Source: a virus
Lineage: Duplodnaviria > Heunggongvirae > Uroviricota > Caudoviricetes
Length of the DNA stretch: 37,331 nt
IMG/VR virus record: IMGVR_UViG_2537561506_000022
Location: 1-37,331 of that record
Strand: one strand, 5' to 3'
The translations under genes were made by a program, and so were the position numbers. The notes under the pieces were generated by a model. The model did not search any database. It was not told the origin of the DNA and saw nothing but the letters and a program-made list of their open reading frames with translations. Positions 1-6,076 of this stretch are shown here, piece by piece. Each line of letters begins with the position of its first letter. The stretch's first letter is position 1.

Positions 1-1140
1 ATATGCGCCAGCACCTCGTATCATGGTGACAGTATTCTTAATCGTAATACCAGGGTCAACAATGAACACCCCCTCTGGTATAACAATCTCAGTTGGCAAC
101 GTAGCATCATCAATAGCCTTCTGAAACGCCGCTTTGTTCTGAGAACCGGTGTTGCCAACTTTAAATCCGTAGTCTGAAAGTGTCACCAAATCTACAGAAA
201 GTTTTTCATATACCGACATCGAGACGGCATCATTAAATTTAGGGGTATATGTAACTATTGAGGAGCCTTTATCTGTCTCTTGACTAATCAGGTCGCTCCG
301 CAACGATGCATCCCCTACAGATACCCAGGCACCAAGGGAAACCCCACCTGTTGATTCAGGGGTTGAATTCTCAGGAACATCTTTTGGTAAAGATCCATCC
401 CAACGGTAGTACTCGCCATTTCCATCAGGACGTTTCCAGTGAAGTGCCTGAAATCTAGTTGTTATTGAAGCACCATCCTGAAACGAATCAATAAGGGAAT
501 ATCCCCATAACCCACTACTTTCAGGATCAAGAAGAAGCGGTGATCCAGAATTATCAAAACTCAGTGTTTTATTCTTTCTCCCATCCGCATCAGGTAACTC
601 ATTTATAAACGATTCAGGTACTCTCAAGCTTCTGCTTAGGCTGGCACCAGAAAGAATATCAACATAATCTTTCGTTGCTGCGTCTTTCGGCCTGGATGGG
701 GCACGAAGATTACGAATATAGTTGTCCATTGCGTCGTAATAGTTAGCAGCAAATGACGGCTTACGTAGCGCCAGGCTAAACCAACTACGAACCTGCTGAA
801 TCAACATTGTCAACTTATCAAGCGCATCCTCATGCACCTCAGCAAAGAACTTACCCTGGTTACGGAGATCCGTTTCCTGCGTAACCGGCAATTCACGTGA
901 TATGGAAATCTGGTAACCATTAGCAAGAGCTGTTGCCAGTATTACATTACCACCTACATACCCACCTGCGCCGGTTACTGTGTAGTCAGTATCTAGCGTC
1001 AGAACAGTGATGTTATCGTTCAGGTCTACAACCTGGACTACCAGATCAGACTTCTTAAAAATCCTGAAGGTATAATGGAATGTCGTTGTAACACCGTTAC
1101 CGGTGTATTCGTTGTGGTCAACTTCGGTTGAGACCGTCAT
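1..1140 (-). CDS. Tail fibre/tailspike, N-terminal ~380 codons (T7 gp17-like adaptor domain); C-terminus lies beyond the window start
   Basis: Reverse-strand ATG at 1138..1140 with GGAG 7 nt upstream; N-terminus MTVSTEVDHNEYTGNGVTTTFHYTFRIF...DYTVTG resembles the T7 gp17 N-terminal domain; open frame continues to position 1. Not in ORF track because it is truncated. Confidence 0.75.
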   Translation of the reverse strand, partial: MTVSTEVDHNEYTGNGVTTTFHYTFRIFKKSDLVVQVVDLNDNITVLTLDTDYTVTGAGGYVGGNVILATALANGYQISISRELPVTQETDLRNQGKFFAEVHEDALDKLTMLIQQVRSWFSLALRKPSFAANYYDAMDNYIRNLRAPSRPKDAATKDYVDILSGASLSRSLRVPESFINELPDADGRKNKTLSFDNSGSPLLLDPESSGLWGYSLIDSFQDGASITTRFQALHWKRPDGNGEYYRWDGSLPKDVPENSTPESTGGVSLGAWVSVGDASLRSDLISQETDKGSSIVTYTPKFNDAVSMSVYEKLSVDLVTLSDYGFKVGNTGSQNKAAFQKAIDDATLPTEIVIPEGVFIVDPGITIKNTVTMIRGAGAY

Positions 1141-1244
1141 GTTAAATCTCCAGATAGTCGCAGCACCCGTTGCGCCGCATATCCGGTTATTCTATTACCT
1201 GAAAAACCACATATGGATATATAACCCATAAATACGAACAGATA

Positions 1245-1259
1245 TTACCTTTCAGGTGA
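1245..1259. promoter_or_regulatory. 15-bp palindrome TTACC-TTTCA-GGTGA (site a) in fibre / SOS-antirepressor divergent region
   Basis: Inverted repeat read directly; member of a family found at about 13 intergenic positions; preceded by an AACCACATA block also found at 21063 and 28142. Confidence 0.4.
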
Positions 1260-1296
1260 TTCGCAAAACGTGCTGGATAGCAAACAAATTATTTGA

Positions 1297-1316
1297 TACT
1301 GTATATTTATACAGTT
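1297..1316. promoter_or_regulatory. LexA (SOS) box
   Basis: tactgtatatttatacagtt = CTGT-N8(AT-rich)-ACAG, matching the E. coli LexA box consensus TACTGTATATATATACAGTA; sits about 20 nt upstream of the ATG at 1336. Confidence 0.7.
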
Positions 1317-1335
1317 ATTGCATGGAGAAGATAAG

Positions 1336-1593
1336 ATGCAGCAGTATCACTATCCACTGGAAGACGGATTTACCGAAAGGATTCACACGCCGGGAGGCGT
1401 CAGGTCACTGGTGGAGGGATCGCACTTGATGAAATTACTCCGGGATCTCGATAAGGATGGATTTAATGTCGATGGCCCACTTGCCGAACTGACTGCACTG
1501 ATTAACTACGTCACCAGCTCGCAGATGTCTATGCAGGATCTGCAAACACATCTCGACTATTGTGCCGAACAATTACGTAAACAAACCAGATAA
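1336..1593 (+). CDS. Small stand-alone antirepressor-like protein (homologue of the shared Ant C-terminal domain), probably SOS-controlled
   Basis: ATG at 1336 with GGAG at 1324-1327 (track ORF 1318 starts at TTG); 85 aa; about 45% identical to the C-terminal 65 aa shared by the three larger antirepressors (H-P-GV..L.E.S.LM.LL..L..DG..V.G..AELT...QTH..Y). Confidence 0.6.
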   Translation: MQQYHYPLEDGFTERIHTPGGVRSLVEGSHLMKLLRDLDKDGFNVDGPLAELTALINYVTSSQMSMQDLQTHLDYCAEQLRKQTR

Positions 1594-1611
1594 GGTTTGC
1601 AATTACCAAAA

Positions 1612-1655
1612 GGAGTGCTTATATTTACCTTTGCGGTAAATTTACATCGCACTCC
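1612..1655. repeat. 44-bp extended inverted repeat (GGAGTGC...GCACTCC) enclosing palindrome site b TTACC-TTTGC-GGTAA (1625..1639)
   Basis: Read directly: GGAGTGC at 1612-1618 pairs with GCACTCC at 1649-1655; the inner 15-mer matches the operator family. Confidence 0.45.
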
Positions 1656-1731
1656 TCTTGTGCCATAGTAATCGGGCACTGGCAAAATCCAGTGCCGGGA
1701 TTGGCGTCCCGGATTACTAAAAGGCGCATTC

Positions 1732-1752
1732 ACCGCGCAAGCGGTTTTTTTA
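1732..1752 (+). terminator. Intrinsic terminator (ACCGC-GCAA-GCGGT plus T7 run)
   Basis: 5-bp stem with GNRA tetraloop followed by TTTTTTT; lies between the small antirepressor gene and the Bro-N antirepressor gene. Confidence 0.5.
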
Positions 1753-1850
1753 TGCGTATAGCACGGCCACATTCGTATTATGGTGGGCTGTGTGGGGGCA
1801 CCGAAAGGTGCGCCGGGTCCTTTTAGCCGGTTACGCCAACCCTGCACAGT

Positions 1851-1883
1851 TCACCACCAACCGATTGGCGTCGGTAGTGGTGA
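1851..1883 (+). promoter_or_regulatory. Hairpin TCACCAC...GTGGTGA about 25 nt upstream of the Bro-N antirepressor start
   Basis: TCACCAC (1851-1857) / GTGGTGA (1877-1883) with inner ACCGA-TTGGCG-TCGGT; a related ATCACCAG-N7-CTGGTGAT element precedes the antirepressor at 35393. Confidence 0.35.
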
Positions 1884-1908
1884 TTAACCAGACTAAAAGG
1901 TAACCACT

Positions 1909-2604
1909 ATGACAGCTACAAAAAGCACGTCCATTTTTTCTTTCGAATCCCAAGCCGATATACGAGTAATCGTCATTAATGGTGAGCCATGGTTTATCGC
2001 TTCAGATGTTTGTCGGGCTATAGGCATAGCAAACCATCGAGATGCTGTTCGAAAACTTGATGATGATGAGAAGGGCGTCGCTTCAACCGACACCCCTGGC
2101 GGTGAGCAAGAATCGATCATCATCTCCGAGTCAGGCCTCTACACACTGATCCTCCGCTGCCGCGACGCAGTGACACCAGGCACTATCCCCTACCGCTTTC
2201 GTAAATGGGTTACAGGTGAGGTTCTTCCTCAGATCCGCCGCACCGGAAGCTACATTAAAAACTCGCTCCCGCAGGAAGAACGCATAAAGATGCTTGCCGA
2301 CCAGGTAGCCAGCGCCACGGCGTCAGCAGTGATGCAGGCGATGAAGATAGAGAACAAAACCTACAGTGCCCCGCTGAAGCCCGGCTACCGCAGCCTGATT
2401 CATTCTCCGTCTGGTGTTCTCGGCCTGACTGAGAACTCACTGCTGATGAATCTGCTGAACCAGTTACAGGAAGACGGGCATGATGTATCGGGCGCAGCGG
2501 CGGAGCTGACCACCATGTTCTGCTACATCGTCGGTGTGAGCAAATGCCTGCGTGATATCCAGACCCACGCGGAGTACATCAACGACAAGGCAGGGTTCTT
2601 CTGA
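1909..2604 (+). CDS. Phage antirepressor, Bro-N N-terminal domain plus shared C-terminal domain
   Basis: 231-aa ORF; N-terminus FSFESQADIRVIVINGEPWFIASDVCRAIGI is a Bro-N signature; C-terminal ~80 aa identical to the C-termini of ORFs 3681..4619 and 35363..36049. Confidence 0.8.
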   Translation: MTATKSTSIFSFESQADIRVIVINGEPWFIASDVCRAIGIANHRDAVRKLDDDEKGVASTDTPGGEQESIIISESGLYTLILRCRDAVTPGTIPYRFRKWVTGEVLPQIRRTGSYIKNSLPQEERIKMLADQVASATASAVMQAMKIENKTYSAPLKPGYRSLIHSPSGVLGLTENSLLMNLLNQLQEDGHDVSGAAAELTTMFCYIVGVSKCLRDIQTHAEYINDKAGFF

Positions 2605-2627
2605 CGGCGGCGGCACAGGGACGTGCC
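2366..2627 (+). repeat. Copy A of ~260-bp near-identical repeat (antirepressor C-terminal coding segment plus ~25 bp 3' flank)
   Basis: Near-identical to 35807..36071 (direct) and to the reverse complement of 3658..3920 (inverted); only a handful of substitutions seen by eye. Confidence 0.85.
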
Positions 2628-2668
2628 TTTAAATAATTCTGTACAGATTGCAGGTGAATAGCTTACTA

Positions 2669-2683
2669 TTACCTCACGGGTGA
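2669..2683. promoter_or_regulatory. Palindrome site c TTACC-TCACG-GGTGA upstream of the cargo cassette
   Basis: Matches the 15-bp palindrome family; intergenic. Confidence 0.35.
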
Positions 2684-2720
2684 TCCATAGCGATTAGGCA
2701 CCGATACAGGAGGAGCCCAC

Positions 2721-2753
2721 ATGAGAAAATTTGACGAGTACGAAGGCGTTTAA
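2721..2753 (+). CDS. Possible 10-codon leader peptide ORF (MRKFDEYEGV)
   Basis: ATG 5 nt after a strong AGGAGGAG Shine-Dalgarno; followed at 2773..2794 by a terminator hairpin and then the membrane-protein gene; attenuator-like layout. Confidence 0.25.
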   Translation: MRKFDEYEGV

Positions 2754-2772
2754 CATTCGGATAGTTTAATGA

Positions 2773-2794
2773 CGGGGCCATTAGGCCCCGTTTT
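2773..2794 (+). terminator. Hairpin CGGGGCC-ATTA-GGCCCCG plus TTTT (possible attenuator/terminator)
   Basis: 7-bp GC-rich stem followed by a short T run, located between the mini-ORF and the RBS/GTG of ORF 2813. Confidence 0.4.
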
Positions 2795-2812
2795 CATGTC
2801 TGGAGACAGTTT

Positions 2813-3352
2813 GTGTTAAGTGAAGAAATGCAATTTGCCATGGCTGTAGCTCAAATCGTAAGTGCAGTCGCGGTTTCGCTTGGCTTGTTCATAGCTATCG
2901 CTACTATTATTTATAATGTAAATACAGCGAGAAAAGTACACACTTCAGTATTCCTTGGTGAAAGCAGGTTTGATGTAGATTATAAGAAAGGCCTATCTAC
3001 TATGCGCCGCATTCACGAATCGAACAAATCATTCCGCTCTTATATGTATCCAAGCAATGGGCAGGCTGATCTTACGGATGAAGAAAAGACAGAGAAGAGA
3101 GAAATAATTTACTGCCTAGGTTTCTACGAACGCATGGCTGTGAGCGTGAAGCGGAAAACTTATGATGAGACCATGATTAAGGAAGTATTTTACAGCTCCG
3201 TTGTAAATAACTATCAGATTGCGCTACCTCTTATACAAGCCATTAGAGAAAAAGAAAACATAAACACATATTTTAAAGAATATGAATGGTTGGCCACACG
3301 ATGGAAGGATTGTCCATTGAAGGATAAATCCCCGTGGTACAAGTTTTGGTAA
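2813..3352 (+). CDS. Membrane-anchored protein of unknown function (N-terminal TM helix plus ~140-aa soluble domain); cargo candidate
   Basis: 179-aa ORF, GTG start with GGAG 7 nt upstream (alternative ATG at 2828); hydrophobic segment FAMAVAQIVSAVAVSLGLFIAIATIIY; locally AT-rich; no family recognised by eye. Confidence 0.6.
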   Translation: MLSEEMQFAMAVAQIVSAVAVSLGLFIAIATIIYNVNTARKVHTSVFLGESRFDVDYKKGLSTMRRIHESNKSFRSYMYPSNGQADLTDEEKTEKREIIYCLGFYERMAVSVKRKTYDETMIKEVFYSSVVNNYQIALPLIQAIREKENINTYFKEYEWLATRWKDCPLKDKSPWYKFW

Positions 3353-3445
3353 GCCCGCGTTGCGGGCTTTTTTATGGACGAAACAAAAGTTAGTGCTACA
3401 CTCATTGACGCCACATTGAGGTGGCTTATAGATGGAAATTTCACA

Positions 3446-3607
3446 ATGAAAAAAGCATTTGCTGCACTGTTCGTTTTGTTGTCTCTGGTAGCTTCAACTC
3501 AGGCCTTTGCCGGTCGTTGTCAGCACGACAGCGATACTGCTGCTGACGGCTCCCGCTGCGGTGGGCGTTCTGCGGATTCCCGCCCGGGCGGCGGTGGCAT
3601 TCGTTAA
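3446..3607 (+). CDS. Small predicted secreted peptide (signal peptide plus 31-aa Cys/Gly/Arg-rich mature part)
   Basis: ATG at 3446 in frame of track ORF 3374..3607; MKKAFAALFVLLSLVASTQAFA looks like a Sec signal peptide with an AFA-G cleavage motif; the coding region is GC-rich unlike its neighbours; weak RBS. Confidence 0.35.
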   Translation: MKKAFAALFVLLSLVASTQAFAGRCQHDSDTAADGSRCGGRSADSRPGGGGIR

Positions 3608-3630
3608 AAACAAGGCCGCGAAAGCGGCCT
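3603..3630 (-). terminator. Intrinsic terminator for the leftward antirepressor transcript (AGGCCGC-GAAA-GCGGCCT plus U-run on minus strand)
   Basis: 7-bp stem with 4-nt loop; minus-strand reading gives the hairpin followed by TGTTTTTAAC. Confidence 0.55.
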
Positions 3631-3642
3631 GTGACATGTCAC
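3631..3642. promoter_or_regulatory. 12-bp perfect palindrome GTGACATGTCAC (second copy at 24368..24379)
   Basis: Exact palindrome present twice in the window, both times followed by N-CTA and both just 3' of a minus-strand gene. Confidence 0.3.
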
Positions 3643-3657
3643 GCTAGTTTCGTTTTG

Positions 3658-3920
3658 CACGTCCCTGTGCCGCCGTTCTGTCAGAAGAACCCTGCCTTGT
3701 CGTTGATGTATTCCGCGTGCGTCTGGATATCACGCAGGCATTTGCTCACACCGACGATGTAGCAGAACATGGTGGTCAGCTCCGCCGCTGCGCCCGATAC
3801 ATCATGCCCGTCTTCCTGTAACTGGTTCAGCAGATTCATCAGCAGTGAGTTCTCAGTCAGGCCGAGAACACCAGACGGCGAATGAATCAGACTGCGGTAG
3901 CCTGGCTTCAATGGATAACC
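3658..3920 (-). repeat. Copy B (inverted) of the ~260-bp antirepressor C-terminal repeat
   Basis: Reverse complement matches copies A and C; slightly more diverged at its 5' end. Confidence 0.85.
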
Positions 3921-4619
3921 ATAACATTTTGTCTGTGTTTTAATTGCCTCACGAAGCGCATCTAACATCTTGACTGCCACTTCATCATTCTCTGATGCAG
4001 ATCCAGCAGGGAGATACTCCCCTTCAAGCGGAACCCGAGCAACAAGAGACAACGCTTCGGCAAATTGATCTTCACCAATTTCTTTGTACGAACAGCCAAA
4101 ATGAGATTTCAGTGACGACCACATGGTGATCATCGCCTTAGCCTGTTTTTCTTTTGGCAGAGACTGACCGCGACTCATGACGAGTTGTTTAATGGCTTCC
4201 TGCTGTTCAGTTGTTATTTTACCCGGCAACGCCTTTTTAGCTTTGCGTGGGTTAACCACATGGCCTTTAGTCCAGTACTCGTAGAGCACATCGTCACACT
4301 CTTCCTGATACTGGATTACCTTGTCGCGGATTTCAGGGCGGACTTTGTTAGGGCTGATGCTGTTCAACCAAGCTGCCAATTTTCGTAAAGCCATACAAAT
4401 CATGGCTTGCACCCCACCGGCAGAAGGTATGGTGATTTCCACCATACCCTTCGAGAAGCGTTGAGAAATCTTCTTATGTTGAGATTTCCAGTCTAGCCCC
4501 ATTCCCTCAACGATAGGTTTCATTGGGGTATACGGTTCGCCGTTGTGATTGACAACATAAAGCTCTGCGCCGTGGAATGGCACGTTGATAGTAGATACTG
4601 CTGTTGCTATACTCGTCAT
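3681..4619 (-). CDS. Phage antirepressor (P22 Ant-like N-terminal region plus shared C-terminal domain)
   Basis: 312-aa ORF; position and orientation downstream of an Arc-like gene mirror the P22 immI arc-ant layout; C-terminal ~80 aa shared with ORFs 1909 and 35363. Confidence 0.75.
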   Translation of the reverse strand: MTSIATAVSTINVPFHGAELYVVNHNGEPYTPMKPIVEGMGLDWKSQHKKISQRFSKGMVEITIPSAGGVQAMICMALRKLAAWLNSISPNKVRPEIRDKVIQYQEECDDVLYEYWTKGHVVNPRKAKKALPGKITTEQQEAIKQLVMSRGQSLPKEKQAKAMITMWSSLKSHFGCSYKEIGEDQFAEALSLVARVPLEGEYLPAGSASENDEVAVKMLDALREAIKTQTKCYGYPLKPGYRSLIHSPSGVLGLTENSLLMNLLNQLQEDGHDVSGAAAELTTMFCYIVGVSKCLRDIQTHAEYINDKAGFF

Positions 4620-4668
4620 GTCGTTAATTCCTATACGTAGTTTTACGATACTGAAGCCCTGACGGTCT

Positions 4669-4682
4669 GGCCACCGTGGGGC
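4669..4682. promoter_or_regulatory. Palindrome GGCCACCGTGGGGC in the arc-ant intergenic region
   Basis: Shares the CCACCGTGGGG core with 4874..4888; a GAAGCCC/GGGCTTC hairpin is also present here. Confidence 0.35.
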
Positions 4683-4691
4683 TTCGCTGTT

Positions 4692-4859
4692 TTATGCCAC
4701 GCTATTCTTCTCACCAGTGAGTCCATACACTTTCCTCAGCTGATAGATAATCTCTGTATTGAACTTTCGGCATTCTTTTTCGCCATTTCTTTCAATAGCT
4801 AACTTCACATCGTCCGGAAAACGAACTCGTCGTTGACACATCTCTTTTGCTTTTTGCAT
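4692..4859 (-). CDS. Arc-like ribbon-helix-helix repressor
   Basis: ATG at 4857..4859 (reverse) with GGAG 7 nt upstream (track ORF extends to a GTG at 4880); RVRFPDDVK...NTEIIYQLRKV aligns with P22 Arc (NLRWPREV...NSEIYQRV). Confidence 0.55.
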   Translation of the reverse strand: MQKAKEMCQRRVRFPDDVKLAIERNGEKECRKFNTEIIYQLRKVYGLTGEKNSVA

Positions 4860-4873
4860 TTCATATCTCCTTA

Positions 4874-4888
4874 GCCCCACCGTGGGGC
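4874..4888. promoter_or_regulatory. 15-bp perfect palindrome GCCCCAC-C-GTGGGGC, candidate Arc/Mnt-type operator
   Basis: Sits next to the Arc-like RBS in the divergent arc/mnt control region; CACCGTG half-sites recur at 4899-4907 and, inverted, at 4926-4932. Confidence 0.45.
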
Positions 4889-4979
4889 AAAATAATTGTC
4901 ACACCGTGCGTCATTGATGTCAAGCACACGGTGAGGCATACTTCAATCATTGCAAGTAACTCAATATTTGGTGAAGAAC

Positions 4980-5411
4980 ATGAGCAGAGAAGATCCACAA
5001 CTAAGGATCAGACTTCCCGTCGAAGTAAAAGAAAAAATAGAAATTTCTGCAAAAGCCAATAAGCGATCAATGAACGCTGAAATAGTACAACGTCTTGACA
5101 CCAGCTTTCTGAAAGATATTCATGAAGATGACGTAATTTCTGCTTATGAAGCAAAAATCATTGCAAACAATGCACGACATGAAATATCAAATATTATTTT
5201 CAAAAGAACCTTTAATGAAATTAATAAGAAAATAACACTTGGACATACAAGTTTTTATATAAACCTTAATGACCTTGAACTGGAATCACTTGCAGATAAT
5301 GATTACCAGATCATCTTTGAAAAAACATTTAATAAGCTCAATGAACTAGGTTACATCATCTGTGAAAACTCATGGGATGCAGATGGTTTTGGAATTGAAA
5401 TACCTGAATAG
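4980..5411 (+). CDS. Mnt-like ribbon-helix-helix repressor with a ~60-aa C-terminal extension
   Basis: ATG at 4980 with GGTGA 5 nt upstream; SREDPQLRIRLPVEVKEKIEISAKANKRSMNAEIVQRL aligns closely with P22 Mnt (ARDDPHFNFRMPMEVREKLKFRAEANGRSMNSELLQIV). Confidence 0.7.
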   Translation: MSREDPQLRIRLPVEVKEKIEISAKANKRSMNAEIVQRLDTSFLKDIHEDDVISAYEAKIIANNARHEISNIIFKRTFNEINKKITLGHTSFYINLNDLELESLADNDYQIIFEKTFNKLNELGYIICENSWDADGFGIEIPE

Positions 5412-5474
5412 GAAGAACAAAAGGCGTGTACATATTACACGTCTTTAATACAATTGAAAAACGCCACATTACTG

Positions 5475-6065
5475 ATGTATGTTACAACAAGGAGCGATAT
5501 TTTGAAAACCATATCTATATTAAAGGTTGCATTAGGCGTCGCTATTATTTTGACTCTCTCAATATTGTTTTATTTTTACCACAAACAAACTGCTATTGCT
5601 CTTGATAGTCACGCGGCAAACTCATTTTTCTCAGAGTACATAGTGCCGCTATCAGGAAGCGGTATAACAAATAAATATACTGACTATGACATCAAATATG
5701 GAATTGATGATGGGGAGACTATTGTATTACATGTAATCATTAAAAACCTAATGACAGTAAATAAAAATACAGACTTCAACGATAAAAATACAATACATCA
5801 CAACAACAGCAAAACATTAATTTCTTATAGTAGCAACATCTATACGGATAAATACCTAAAATACATATCAGAAGATACAATAAAAGAAACCCGCGCAAAG
5901 TTAAAAAACATATATTGTGCATCCGGCAGTTTTCACAAATTATCGCCGCAAGAGCGTTTATTCTACGAAGCAAGAAAACAACGTAAGTCAATAATATTAC
6001 ATTATTATGCTGATTCAGGGGAGACACTCATATTTAATATTGGGGTTTCCCCTGAATCATGCTAA
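5475..6065 (+). CDS. Low-GC membrane-anchored protein of unknown function; candidate superinfection-exclusion protein by position (P22 sieA-equivalent)
   Basis: Track ORF 5454..6065; likely start is ATG 5475 or TTG 5502 (the TTG has AAGGAG 7 nt upstream); hydrophobic ILKVALGVAIILTLSILFYFY; very AT-rich with N/K/Y-rich codon use. Confidence 0.55.
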   Translation: MYVTTRSDILKTISILKVALGVAIILTLSILFYFYHKQTAIALDSHAANSFFSEYIVPLSGSGITNKYTDYDIKYGIDDGETIVLHVIIKNLMTVNKNTDFNDKNTIHHNNSKTLISYSSNIYTDKYLKYISEDTIKETRAKLKNIYCASGSFHKLSPQERLFYEARKQRKSIILHYYADSGETLIFNIGVSPESC

Positions 6066-6076
6066 AGGTGTTTAAC

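Noticed and set aside
1141-1233. 30-codon minus-strand ORF ending at the tail-fibre start codon
   Set aside because: No Shine-Dalgarno sequence and it runs through the AACCACATA promoter-like module; probably chance.
2641-2656. Second LexA box (ctgtacagattgcagg)
   Set aside because: Reads CTGT-N8-CAGG, not ACAG; the left half is just the 8-bp palindrome CTGTACAG.
3214-3444. 76-aa minus-strand ORF antisense to the cargo membrane-protein gene
   Set aside because: Overlaps the 3' end of a better-supported plus-strand gene; no RBS.
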